This document shows positions 10,435 to 24,235 of a stretch of 64,000 nt of DNA, in pieces. Within the stretch, counting starts at the first letter, position 1. Each line of letters begins with the position of its first letter. The DNA is from Eledone cirrhosa (Eukaryota). Below the pieces are notes generated by a model that saw only the letters and a program-made list of their open reading frames with translations, was not told where the DNA came from and ran no database searches. The DNA lies in contig OZ024741.1 of NCBI GenBank assembly GCA_964016885.1, positions 259,222,001 through 259,286,000 of the forward strand, in the 5' to 3' direction. A program made the position numbers and the translations under genes.

Positions 10435-11479
10435 TCGTAAGTCGAAACACTCGTAAGTCAGAACACTCGTAAGTCAGAACACTCTTAAGTCAGAACACTC
10501 GTATCGAAACACGTATGTCAAAACACCCGTAAGTCAAAACACTCGTAAGTCGAAACACTCGTAAGTCGAAACACTCGTAAGCCGAAACAATCGTAAGTCA
10601 AAACACTCGTAAGTCGAAACACTCGTAAGCCGAAAATACTCGTAAGTCGGAACACCCGTAAGCCGAAACCCTCGTAGGTCGGAACACTCGTAAGTCAGAA
10701 CACCCGTAAGTCAGAACACTCGTAGTCAGAACACTCGTTAGTCGAAACACTCGTAAGCCGAAACACTCTTAAGTCGAAGCACTCGTAATCCGAAACACTC
10801 TTAAGTCAGAACACCCGTAAGTCAGAACACTCGTAAGTCAGAACACTCGTAAGTCAGAACACTCGTAAGTCAGAGCACTCGTATCGAAACACTCGTATGT
10901 CAAAACACCCGTAAGTCAAAACACTCGTAAGTCGAAACACTCGTAAGTCGAAACACTCGTAAGCCGAAACACCGTAAGCCAAAACACTCGTAAGTCGAAA
11001 CACCCGTAAGTCGGAACACTCGTAAGTCGAAACACTCGTAAGCCGAAACACTCATAAGCCGAAACACTCGTAAGTCGGAACACTCGTAAGTCAGAACACC
11101 CGTAAGTCAGAACACTCGTAGTCAGAACACTCGTTAGTCGAAACACTCGTAAGCCGAAACACTCTTAAGTGGAAGCACTCGTAATCCGAAACACTCTTAA
11201 GTCGAAACACTCGTAAGTCGGAAGACTCGTAAGTCAGAACACTCGTAAGTCAGAACACTCGTAAGTCGAAACACTCGTAAGCCGAAACATCCGTAAGTCA
11301 AAACATCCGTAGGTCAAAACATTCGTAAGTCGAAACACCCGTAGTCGAAACACTCGCATGTCGAAACACTCGTAAGTCGAAACACGCGTAAGTCGAAACA
11401 CATGTAAGTCAAAACACTCGTAAGTCAAAACACTCGTAAGCCGAAACACTCGTAAGTCGAAACACTCGTAAAGCGAAAC

Positions 11480-11548
11480 GTATAAATAAAGATTAATGTA
11501 ATGAATTTGAAAAGCATAGAGATTTGAAACCGCGTCTATTTGTTATTT
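11480..11548 (+). repeat. 69-bp element, A/B intermediate (copy 6)
   Basis: G12 as in allele A, T27 and G42 as in allele B. Confidence 0.95.
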
Positions 11549-14309
11549 TCGTAAATCGAAACACTCGTAAGCCTAAACACTCGTGAGCCGAAACACTCGT
11601 AAGTCGGAACACTCGTAAGTCAGAACACTCGTAAGTCAGAACACTCGTAAGTTAGAACACTCGTAAGTCAGAACACTCGTAAGTCAGAACACTCGTAAGT
11701 CAGAACACTCGTAAGTCGAAACACTCGTATCGAAACACTCGTATGTCAAAACACCAGTAAGTCAAAACACTCGTAAGTCGAAACACTCGTAAGCCGAAAC
11801 ACCGTAAGTCAAAACACTCGTAAGTCGAAACACTCGTAAGTCGAAACACTCGTAAGTCGAAACACTCGTAAGCCGAAACACTCGTAAGCCGAAACACTCG
11901 TAAGTCGGAACACTCGTAAGTCAGAACACTCATAAGTCAGAACACTCGTAAGTCAGAACACTCGTAAGTCGAAACACTCGTAAGCCGAAACACCGTAAGT
12001 CGAAACACCCGTATGTCGAAACACTCGTAAGCCGAAACACTCTTAAGTCGAAACACTCATAAGCCGAAACACTCGTAAGTCGGAACACTCGTACATCAGA
12101 ACACCCGCAAGTCAGAACACTCGTAAATCAGAACACTCTTAAGTCGAAACTCACGTACGCCGAAACACTCGTAAGTCGAAACACTCGTAAGTCGAAACAT
12201 CCTTAAGTCGAAACACTCGTACACCGAAACACTCGTAAGTATAAACATTAGTAAGTCGAAACACTCGTATGTCGAAACACTCGTAAACCGAAACACTCGT
12301 AAGTCGGAACACTCGTAAGTCAGAACACTCGTAAGTCAGAACACTCGTAAGTCGAAACACTCATAAGTCGAAACACTCGTAAGTCGAAACACCCGTAAGT
12401 CGAAACAACCGTAAGTCGAAACACTCGTATGTCGAATAACTCGTAAGCCGAAACACTCGTAAGCCAAAACATTCGTAAGTCGAAACACTCGTAAACCGAA
12501 ACACTCGTAAGCCAAAACATTCGTAAGTCTAAACACTCGTAAGTCGAAACACCCATAGCCGAAACACTTGTAAGTCTGAACACACGTAAGTCAGAACACC
12601 CGTAAGTCATAACACTCGTAAGTCAGAACACTCGTAAGTCAGAACACTCGTAAGTCAGAGCACTCGTATCGAAACACTCGTATGTCAAAACACCCGTAAG
12701 TCAAAACACTCGTAAGTCGAAACACTCGTAAGCCGAAACACCGTAAGCCAAAACACTCGTAAGTCGAAACATCCGTAAGTCGCAACACTCGTAAGTCGAA
12801 ACACTCGTAAGTCGAAACACTCGTAAGCCGAAACACTCGTAAGCCGAAACACTCGTAAGTCGGAACACTCGTAAGTCGGAACACTCGTAAGTCAGAACAC
12901 TCGTAAGTCAGAACACTCGTAAGTCAGAACACTCGTAAGTCAGAACACTCGTAAGTCGAAACACTCGTATCGAAACACTCGTATGTCAAAACACCCGTAA
13001 GTCAAAACACTCGTAAGTCGAAACACTCGTAAGTCGAAACATTCGTATGTCGAAACATCCGTAAATCAGAACACTCGTAAGTCGAAACACTCGTAAGTCG
13101 AAACACTCGTAAGCCGAAACACTCGTAAGTCGAAGCACTCGTATCGAAACACTCGTAAGTCGAAACACCCTTAAGTCAAAACACTCGTAAGCCAAAACAC
13201 TCGTAAGTCGAAACACTCGTAAGTCGGAACACTCGTAAGTCAGAACACTCGTAAGTCAGAACACTCGTAAGTGGAAACACGCGTAAGTCGAAACAGTCAT
13301 AAGTCGAAACACTCGTAAGTCGAAACACCCGTAAGTCGAAACACCCGTAAGTCGAAACACTCGTATGTCGAATAACTCGTAAGCCGAAACACCGTAAGTC
13401 AAAACACTCGTAAGTCGAAACACTCGTAAGTCGAAACACCCATAAGCCGAAACACTCGTAAGCCAAAACATTCGTAAGTCGAAACACTCGTAAGTCGAAA
13501 CACCCATAGCCGAAACACTCGTAAGTCTGAACACACGTAAGTCAGAACAGCCGTAAGTCAGAACACTCGTAAGTCAGAACACTCGTAAGTCAGAACACTC
13601 GTAAGTCAGAGCACTCGTATCGAAACACTCGTATGTCAAAACACCCGTAAGTCAAAACACTCGTAAGTCGAAACACTCGTAAGCCGAAACACCGTAAGCC
13701 AAAACACTCGTAAGTCGAAACACCCGTAAGTCGGAACACTCGTAAGTCGAAACACTCGTAAGTCGAAACACTCGTAAGCCGAAACACTCGTAAGCCGAAA
13801 CACTCGTAAGTCGGAACACTCGTAAGTCGGAACACTCGTAAGTCAGAACACTCGTAAGTCAGAACACTCGTAAGTCAGAACACTCGTAAGTCAGAACACT
13901 CGTAAGTCGAAACACTCGTATCGAAACACTCGTATGTCAAAACACCCGTAAGTCAAAACACTCGTAAGTCGAAACACTCGTATGTCGAAACATCCGTAAA
14001 TCAGAACACTCGTAAGTCGAAACACTCGTAAGCCGAAACACTCGTAAGTCGAAGCACTCGTATCGAAACACTCGTAAGTCGAAACACCCTTAAGTCAAAA
14101 CACTCGTAAGCCAAAACACTCGTAAGTCGAAACACTCGTAAGTCGGAACACTCGTATGTCAGAACACTCGTAAGTCAGAACACTCGTAAGTGGAAACACG
14201 CGTAAGTCGAAAGACCCGTAAGTCAAAAATCTCGTAAGTCAAAACACTCGTAAGCCGAAACACTCGTATGTCGAAACACTCGTAAGTCGAAACATTCGTA
14301 AAGCGAAAC

Positions 14310-14378
14310 GTATAAATAAAGATTAATGTAATGAACTTGAAAAGCATAGATATTTGAAACCGCGTCTATTTGTTATTT
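14310..14378 (+). repeat. 69-bp element, allele A (copy 7)
   Basis: Matches copy 1. Confidence 0.95.
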
Positions 14379-15506
14379 TCGTAAGTCGAAACACTCGTAA
14401 GTCAGAACACTCGTAAGTCAGAACACTCTTAAGTCAGAACACTCGTATCGAAACACGTATGTCAAAACACCCGTAAGTCAAAACACTCGTAAGTCGAAAC
14501 ACTCGTAAGTCGAAACACTCGTAAGCCGAAACAATCGTAAGTCAAAACACTCGTAAGTCGAAACACTCGTAAGCCGAAAATACTCGTAAGTCGGAACACC
14601 CGTAAGCCGAAACCCTCGTAGGTCGGAACACTCGTAAGTCGAAACACTCGTAAGTCGAAACACCCGTAAGTCGAAACACTCGTAAGTCGAAACACCCGTA
14701 AGTCGAAACATCCGTAAGTCAAAACACTCGTATGTCGAAACACTCGTAAGCCGAAACACTCGTAAGTCGGAACACTCGCAAGTCAGAACACTCGTAAGTC
14801 AGAACACTCGTAAGTCGAAACACTCGTAAGTCGAAACACCCGTAAGTCGAAACGCCCGTAAGTCAAAACACTCGTATGTCGAAACACTCGCAAGCCGAAA
14901 AACCGTAAGTCAAAACACTCGTAAGTCGAAACACTCGTAAATCGAAACACTCGTAAGCCGAAACACTCGTAAGCGAAAACATTCGTTAGTCGAAACACTC
15001 GTATCCCGAAACACTCGTAAGTCGAAACACTCGAAAGCCGAAACACTCGTAAGTCGAAACACTCATAAGCCGAAACACTCGTAAGTCGGAACACTCGTAA
15101 GTCAGAACACCCGTAAATCAGAACACTCGTAGTCAGAACACTCGTAAGTCGAAACACTCGTAAGCCGAAACACTCGCAAGTCGAAGCACTCGTAATCCGA
15201 AACACTCTTAAGTCGAAACACTCGTAAGTCGGAACACTCGTAAGTCAGAACACTCGTAAGTCAGAACACTCGTAAGTCGAAACACTCGTAAGCCGAAACA
15301 TCCGTAAGTCAAAACATCCGTAAGTCAAAACATTCGTAAGTCGAAACACCCGTAGTCGAAACACTCGCAAGTCGAAACACTCGTAAGTCGAAACACGCGT
15401 AAGTCGAAACACATGTAAGTCAAAACACTCGTAAGTCAAAACACTCGTAAGCCGAAACACTCGTAAGTCGAAACACTCGTAAGTCGAAACACTCGTAAAG
15501 CGAAAC

Positions 15507-15575
15507 GTATAAATAAATATTAATGTAATGAATTTGAAAAGCATAGAGATTTGAAACCGCGTCTATTTGTTATTT
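15507..15575 (+). repeat. 69-bp element, allele B (copy 8)
   Basis: Matches copy 2. Confidence 0.95.
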
Positions 15576-16383
15576 TCGTAAGTCGAAACACTCGTAAGCC
15601 GAAACACTCGTGAGCCGAAACACTCGTAAGTCGGAACACTCGTAAGTCAGAACACTCGTAAGTCAGAACACTCGTAAGTTAGAACACTCGTAAGTCAGAA
15701 CACTCGTAAGTCAGAACACTCGTAAGTCGAAACACTCGTATCGAAACACTCGTATGTCAAAACACCCGTAAGTCAAAACACTCGTAAGTCGAAACACTCG
15801 TAAGTCGAAACACTCGTAAGCCGAAACACTCGTAAGCCGAAACACTCGTAAGTCGGAACACTCGTAGGTCGGAACACTCGTAAGTCAGAACACTCGTAAG
15901 TCAGAACACTCGTAAGTCAGAACACTCGTAAGTCAGAACACTCGTAAGTCGAAACACTCGTATCGAAACACTCGTATGTCAAAACACCCGTAAGTCAAAA
16001 CACTCGTAAGTCGAAACACTCGTAAGTCGAAACACTCGTATGTCGAAACATCCGTAAATCAGAACACTCGTAAGTCGAAACACTCGTAAGTCGAAACACT
16101 CGTAAGCCGAAACACTCGTAAGTCGAAGCACTCGTATCGAAACACTCGTAAGTCGAAACACCCTTAAGTCAAAACACTCGTAAGCCAAAACACTCGTAAG
16201 TCGAAACACTCGTAAGTCGGAACACTCGTAAGTCAGAACACTCGTAAGTCAGAACACTCGTAAGTGGAAACACGCGTAAGTCGAAAGACCCGTAAGTCAA
16301 AAATCTCGTAAGTCAAAACACTCGTAAGCCGAAACACTCGTAAGTCGAAACACTCGTAAGTCGAAACATTCGTAAAGCGAAAC

Positions 16384-16452
16384 GTATAAATAAAGATTAA
16401 TGTAATCAACTTGAAAAGCATAGATATTTGAAACCGCGTCTATTTGTTATTT
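16384..16452 (+). repeat. 69-bp element, allele A variant (copy 9)
   Basis: ATCAAC variant, as in copy 5. Confidence 0.95.
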
Positions 16453-17580
16453 TCGTAAGTCGAAACACTCGTAAGTCAGAACACTCGTAAGTCAGAACAC
16501 TCTTAAGTCAGAACACTCGTATCGAAACACGTATGTCAAAACACCCGTAAGTCAAAACACTCGTAAGTCGAAACACTCGTAAGTCGAAACACTCGTAAGC
16601 CGAAACAATCGTAAGTCAAAACACTCGTAATTCGAAACACTCGTAAGCCCAAAATACTCGTAAGTCGGAACACCCGTAAGCCGAAACCCTCGTAGGTCGG
16701 AACACTCGTAAGTCGAAACACTCGTAAGTCGAAACACCCGTAAGTCGAAACACTCGTAAGTCGAAACACCCGTAAGTCGAAACATCCGTAAGTCAAAACA
16801 CTCGTATGTCGAAACACTCGTAAGCCGAAACACTCGTAAGTCGGAACACTCGCAAGTCAGAACACTCGTAAGTCAGAACACTCGTAAGTCGAAACACTCG
16901 TAAGTCGAAACACCCGTAAGTCGAAACGCCCGTAAGTCAAAACACTCGTATGTCGAAACACTCGCAAGCCGAAAAACCGTAAGTCAGAACACTCGTAAGT
17001 CGAAACACTCGTAAATCGAAACACTCGTAAGCCGAAACACTCGTAAGCGAAAACATTCGTTAGTCGAAACACTCGTAACCCGAAACACTCGTAAGTCGAA
17101 ACACTCGAAAGCCGAAACACTCGTAAGTCGAAACACTCATAAGCCGAAACACTCGTAAGTCGGAACACTCGTAAGTCAGAACACCCGTAAATCAGAACAC
17201 TCGTAGTCAGAACACTCGTAAGTCGAAACACTCGTAAGCCGAAACACTCGCAAGTCGAAGCACTCGTAATCCGAAACACTCTTAAGTCGAAACACTCGTA
17301 AGTCGGAACACTCGTAAGTCAGAACACTCGTAAGTCAGAACACTCGTAAGTCGAAACACTCGTAAGCCGAAACATCCGTAAGTCAAAACATCCGTAAGTC
17401 AAAACATTCGTAAGTCGAAACACCCGTAGTCGAAACACTCGCAAGTCGAAACACTCGTAAGTCGAAACACGCGTAAGTCGAAACACATGTAAGTCAAAAC
17501 ACTCGTAAGTCAAAACACTCGTAAGCCGAAACACTCGTAAGTCGAAACACTCGTAAGTCGAAACACTCGTAAAGCGAAAC

Positions 17581-17649
17581 GTATAAATAAATATTAATGT
17601 AATGAATTTGAAAAGCATAGAGATTTGAAACCGCGTCTATTTGTTATTT
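17581..17649 (+). repeat. 69-bp element, allele B (copy 10)
   Basis: Matches copy 2. Confidence 0.95.
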
Positions 17650-18427
17650 TCGTAAGTCGAAACACTCGTAAGCCGAAACACTCGTGAGCCGAAACACTCG
17701 TAAGTCGGAACACTCGTAAGTCAGAACACTCGTAAGTCAGAACACTCGTAAGTTAGAACACTCGTAAGTCAGAACACTCGTAAGTCAGAACACTCGTAAG
17801 TCGAAACACTCGTATCGAAACACTCGTATGTCAAAACACCCGTAAGTCAAAACACTCGTAAGTCGAAACACTCGTAAGTCGAAACACTCGTAAGCCGAAA
17901 CACTCGTAAGCCGAAACACTCGTAAGTCGGAACACTCGTAAGTCGGAACACTCGTAAGTCAGAACACTCGTAAGTCAGAACACTCGTAAGTCAGAACACT
18001 CGTAAGTCAGAACACTCGTAAGTCGAAACACTCGTATCGAAACACTCGTATGTCAAAACACCCGTAAGTCAAAACACTCGTAAGTCGAAACACTCGTAAG
18101 TCGAAACACTCGTATGTCGAAACATCCGTAAATCAGAACACTCGTAAGTCGAAACACTCGTAAGTCGAAACACTCGTAAGCCGAAACACTCGTAAGTCGA
18201 AACACCCTTAAGTCAAAACACTCGTAAGCCAAAACACTCGTAAGTCGAAACACTCGTAAGTCGGAACACTCGTAAGTCAGAACACTCGTAAGTCAGAACA
18301 CTCGTAAGTGGAAACACGCGTAAGTCGAAAGACCCGTAAGTCAAAAATCTCGTAAGTCAAAACACTCGTAAGCCGAAACACTCGTAAGTCGAAACACTCG
18401 TAAGTCGAAACATTCGTAAAGCGAAAC

Positions 18428-18496
18428 GTATAAATAAAGATTAATGTAATGAACTTGAAAAGCATAGATATTTGAAACCGCGTCTATTTGTTATTT
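18428..18496 (+). repeat. 69-bp element, allele A (copy 11)
   Basis: Matches copy 1. Confidence 0.95.
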
Positions 18497-19608
18497 TCGT
18501 AAGTCGAAACACTCGTAAGTCAGAACACTCGTAAGTCAGAACACTCGTATCGAAACACGTATGTCAAAACACCCGTAAGTCAAAACACTCGTAAGTCGAA
18601 ACACTCGTAAGTCGAAACACTCGTAAGCCGAAACAATCGTAAGTCAAAACACTCGTAAGTCGAAACACTCGTAAGCCGAAAATATTCGTAAGTCGGAACA
18701 CCCGTAAGCCGAAACCCTCGTAGGTCGGAACACTCGTAAGTCGAAACACTCTTAAGTCGAAACACCCGTAAGTCGAAACACTCGTAAGTCGAAACACCCG
18801 TAAGTCGAAACATCCGTAAGTCAAAACACTCGTATGTCGAAACACTCGTAAGCCGAAACACTCGTAAGTCGGAACACTCGCAAGTCAGAACACTCGTAAG
18901 TCAGAACACTCGTAAGTCGAAACACTCGTAAGTCGAAACACCCGTAAGTCGAAACGCCCGTAAGTCAAAACACTCGTATGTCGAAACACTCGCAAGCCGA
19001 AAAACCGTAAGTCAAAACACTCGTAAGTCGAAACACTCGTAAATCGAAACACTCGTAAGCCGAAACACTCGTAAGCGAAAACATTCGTTAGTCGAAACAC
19101 TCGTAACCCGAAACACTCGTAAGTCGAAACACTCGAAAGCCGAAACACTCGTAAGTCGAAACACTCATAAGCCGAAACACTCGTAAGTCGGAACACTCGT
19201 AAGTCAGAACACCCGTAAATCAGAACACTCGTAGTCAGAACACTCGTAAGTCGAAACACTCGTAAGCCGAAACACTCGCAAGTCGAAGCACTCGTTATCC
19301 GAAACACTCTTAAGTCGAAACACTCGTAAGTCGGAACACTCGTAAGTCAGAACACTCGTAAGTCAGAACACTCGTAAGTCGAAACACTCGTAAGCCGAAA
19401 CATCCGTAAGTCAAAACATCCGTAAGTCAAAACATTCGTAAGTCGAAACACCCGTAGTCGAAACACTCGCAAGTCGAAACACTCGTAAGTCGAAACACGC
19501 GTAAGTCGAAACACATGTAAGTCAAAACACTCGTAAGTCAAAACACTCGTAAGCCGAAACACTCGTAAGTCGAAACACTCGTAAGTCGAAACACTCGTAA
19601 AGCGAAAC

Positions 19609-19677
19609 GTATCAATAAAGATTAATGTAATGAATTTGAAAAGCATAGAGATTTGAAACCGCGTCTATTTGTTATTT
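19609..19677 (+). repeat. 69-bp element, allele B' (copy 12)
   Basis: Starts GTATCAATAAAG (G12) with B-type T27 and G42; same as copy 25. Confidence 0.95.
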
Positions 19678-20501
19678 TCGTAAGTCGAAACACTCGTAAG
19701 CCGAAACACTCGTGAGCCGAAACACTCGTAAGTCGGAACACTCGTAAGTCAGAACACTCGTAAGTCAGAACACTCGTAAGTTAGAACACTCGTAAGTCAG
19801 AACACTCGTAAGTCAGAACACTCGTAAGTCGAAACACTCGTATCGAAACACTCGTATGTCAAAACACCCGTAAGTCAAAACACTCGTAAGTCGAAACACT
19901 CGTAAGTCGAAACACTCGTAAGCCGAAACACTCGAAAGCCGAAACACTCGTAAGTCGGAACACTCGTAAGTCGGAACACTCGTAAGTCAGAACACTCGTA
20001 AGTCAGAACACTCGTAAGTCAGAACACTCGTAAGTCAGAACACTCGTAAGTCGAAACACTCGTATCGAAACACTCGTATGTCAAAACACCCGTAAGTCAA
20101 AACACTCGTAAGTCGAAACACTCGTAAGTCGAAACACTCGTATGTCGAAACATCCGTAAATCAGAACACTCGTAAGTCGAAACACTCGTAAGTCGAAACA
20201 CTCGTAAGCCGAAACACTCGTAAGTCGAAGCACTCGTATCGAAACACTCGTAAGTCGAAACACCCTTAAGTCAAAACACTCGTAAGCCAAAACACTCGTA
20301 AGTCGAAACACTCGTAAGTCGGAACACTCGTAAGTCAGAACACTCGTAAGTCAGAACACTCGTAAGTGGAAACACGCGTAAGTCGAAAGACCCGTAAGTC
20401 AAAAATCTCGTAAGTCAAAACACTCGTAAGCCGAAACACTCGTAAGTCGAAACACTCGTAAGTCGAAACACTCGTAAGTCGAAACATTCGTAAAGCGAAA
20501 C

Positions 20502-20570
20502 GTATAAATAAAGATTAATGTAATGAACTTGAAAAGCATAGATATTTGAAACCGCGTCTATTTGTTATTT
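20502..20570 (+). repeat. 69-bp element, allele A (copy 13)
   Basis: Matches copy 1. Confidence 0.95.
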
Positions 20571-22092
20571 TCGTAAGTCGAAACACTCGTAAGTCAGAAC
20601 ACTCGTAAGTCAGAACACTCTTAAGTCAGAACACTCGTATCGAAACACGTATGTCAAAACACCCGTAAGTCAAAACACTCGTAAGTCGAAACACTCGTAA
20701 GTCGAAACACTCGTAAGCCGAAACAATCGTAAGTCAAAACACTCGTAAGTCGAAACACTCGTAAGCCGAAAATACTCGTAAGTCGGAACACCCGTAAGCC
20801 GAAACCCTCGTAGGTCGGAACACTCGTAAGTCAAAACACTCGTAAGTCGAAACACCCGTAAGTCGAAACACTCGTAAGTCGAAACACCCGTAAGTCGAAA
20901 CATCCGTAAGTCAAAACACTCGTATGTCGAAACACTCGTAAGCCGAAACACTCGTAAGTCAGAACACTCGTAAGTCAGAACACTCGTAAGTCGAAACACT
21001 CATAAGTCGAAACACTCGTAAGTCGAAACACCCGTAAGTCGAAACACCCGTAAGTCGAAACACTCGTATGTCGAATAACTCGTAAGCCGAAACACCGTAA
21101 GTCAAAACACTCGTAAGTCGAAACACTCGTAAGTCGAAACACCCATAAGCCGAAACACTCGTAAGCCAAAACATTCGTAAGTCGAAACACTCGTAAACCG
21201 AAACACTCGTAAGCCAAAACATTCGTAAGTCGAAACACTCGTAAGTCGAAACACCCATAGCCGAAACACTCGTAAGTCTGAACACACGTAAGTCAGAACA
21301 GCCGTAAGTCAGAACACTCGTAAGTCAGAACACTCGTAAGTCAGAACACTCGTAAGTCAGAGCACTCGTATCGAAACACTCGTATGTCAAAACACCCGTA
21401 AGTCAAAACACTCGTAAGTCGAAACACTCGTAAGCCGAAACACCGTAAGCCAAAACACTCGTAAGTCGAAACACCCGTAAGTCGGAACACTCGTAAGTCG
21501 AAACACTCGTAAGTCGAAACACTCGTAAGCCGAAACACTCGTAAGCCGAAACACTCGTAAGTCGGAACACTCGTAAGTCGGAACACTCGTAAGTCAGAAC
21601 ACTCGTAAGTCAGAACACTCGTAAGTCAGAACACTCGTAAGTCAGAACACTCGTAAGTCGAAACACTCGTATCGAAACACTCGTATGTCAAAACACCCGT
21701 AAGTCAAAACACTCGTAAGTCGAAACACTCGTAAGTCGAAACACTCGTATGTCGAAACATCCGTAAATCAGAACACTCGTAAGTCGAAACACTCGTAAGT
21801 CGAAACACTCGTAAGCCGAAACACTCGTAAGTCGAAGCACTCGTATCGAAACACTCGTAAGTCGAAACACCCTTAAGTCAAAACACTCGTAAGCCAAAAC
21901 ACTCGTAAGTCGAAACACTCGTAAGTCGGAACACTCGTAAGTCAGAACACTCGTAAGTCAGAACACTCGTAAGTGGAAACACGCGTAAGTCGAAAGACCC
22001 GTAAGTCAAAAATCTCGTAAGTCAAAACACTCGTAAGCCGAAACACTCGTAAGTCGAAACACTCGTAAGTCGAAACATTCGTAAAGCGAAAC

Positions 22093-22161
22093 GTATAAAT
22101 AAAGATTAATGTAATGAACTTGAAAAGCATAGATATTTGAAACCGCGTCTATTTGTTATTT
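22093..22161 (+). repeat. 69-bp element, allele A (copy 14)
   Basis: Matches copy 1. Confidence 0.95.
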
Positions 22162-23289
22162 TCGTAAGTCGAAACACTCGTAAGTCAGAACACTCGTAAG
22201 TCAGAACACTCTTAAGTCAGAACACTCGTATCGAAACACGTATGTCAAAACACCCGTAAGTCAAAACACTCGTAAGTCGAAACACTCGTAAGTCGAAACA
22301 CTCGTAAGCCGAAACAATCGTAAGTCAAAACACTCGTAAGTCGAAACACTCGTAAGCCGAAAATACTCGTAAGTCGGAACACCCGTAAGCCGAAACCCTC
22401 GTAGGTCGGAACACTCGTAAGTCGAAACACTCGTAAGTCGAAACACCCGTAAGTCGAAACACTCGTAAGTCGAAACACCCGTAAGTCGAAACATCCGTAA
22501 GTCAAAACACTCGTATGTCGAAACACTCGTAAGCCGAAACACTCGTAAGTCGGAACACTCGCAAGTCAGAACACTCGTAAGTCAGAACACTCGTAAGTCG
22601 AAACACTCGTAAGTCGAAACACCCGTAAGTCGAAACGCCCGTAAGTCAAAACACTCGTATGTCGAAACACTCGCAAGCCGAAAAACCGTAAGTCAAAACA
22701 CTCGTAAGTCGAAACACTCGTAAATCGAAACACTCGTAAGCCGAAACACTCGTAAGCGAAAACATTCGTTAGTCGAAACACTCGTATCCCGAAACACTCG
22801 TAAGTCGAAACACTCGAAAGCCGAAACACTCGTAAGTCGAAACACTCATAAGCCGAAACACTCGTAAGTCGGAACACTCGTAAGTCAGAACACCCGTAAA
22901 TCAGAACACTCGTAGTCAGAACACTCGTAAGTCGAAACACTCGTAAGCCGAAACACTCGCAAGTCGAAGCACTCGTAATCCGAAACACTCTTAAGTCGAA
23001 ACACTCGTAAGTCGGAACACTCGTAAGTCAGAACACTCGTAAGTCAGAACACTCGTAAGTCGAAACACTCGTAAGCCGAAACATCCGTAAGTCAAAACAT
23101 CCGTAAGTCAAAACATTCGTAAGTCGAAACACCCGTAGTCGAAACACTCGCAAGTCGAAACACTCGTAAGTCGAAACACGCGTAAGTCGAAACACATGTA
23201 AGTCAAAACACTCGTAAGTCAAAACACTCGTAAGCCGAAACACTCGTAAGTCGAAACACTCGTAAGTCGAAACACTCGTAAAGCGAAAC

Positions 23290-23358
23290 GTATAAATAAA
23301 TATTAATGTAATGAATTTGAAAAGCATAGAGATTTGAAACCGCGTCTATTTGTTATTT
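23290..23358 (+). repeat. 69-bp element, allele B (copy 15)
   Basis: Matches copy 2. Confidence 0.95.
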
Positions 23359-24166
23359 TCGTAAGTCGAAACACTCGTAAGCCGAAACACTCGTGAGCCG
23401 AAACACTCGTAAGTCGGAACACTCGTAAGTCAGAACACTCGTAAGTCAGAACACTCGTAAGTTAGAACACTCGTAAGTCAGAACACTCGTAAGTCAGAAC
23501 ACTCGTAAGTCGAAACACTCGTATCGAAACACTCGTATGTCAAAACACCCGTAAGTCAAAACACTCGTAAGTCGAAACACTCGTAAGTCGAAACACTCGT
23601 AAGCCGAAACACTCGTAAGCCGAAACACTCGTAAGTCGGAACACTCGTAAGTCGGAACACTCGTAAGTCAGAACACTCGTAAGTCAGAACACTCGTAAGT
23701 CAGAACACTCGTAAGTCAGAACACTCGTAAGTCGAAACACTCGTATCGAAGCACTCGTATGTCAAAACACCCGTAAGTCAAAACACTCGTAAGTCGAAAC
23801 ACTCGTAAGTCGAAACACTCGTATGTCGAAACATCCGTAAATCAGAACACTCGTAAGTCGAAACACTCGTAAGTCGAAACACTCGTAAGCCGAAACACTC
23901 GTAAGTCGAAGCACTCGTATCGAAACACTCGTAAGTCGAAACACCCTTAAGTCAAAACACTCGTAAGCCAAAACACTCGTAAGTCGAAACACTCGTAAAT
24001 CGGAACACTCGTAAGTCAGAACACTCGTAAGTCAGAACACTCGTAAGTGGAAACACGCGTAAGTCGAAAGACCCGTAAGTCAAAAATCTCGTAAGTCAAA
24101 ACACTCGTAAGCCGAAACACTCGTAAGACGAAACACTCGTAAGTCGAAACATTCGTAAAGCGAAAC

Positions 24167-24235
24167 GTATAAATAAAGATTAATGTAATGAACTTGAAAA
24201 GCATAGATATTTGAAACCGCGTCTATTTGTTATTT
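24167..24235 (+). repeat. 69-bp element, allele A (copy 16)
   Basis: Matches copy 1. Confidence 0.95.
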
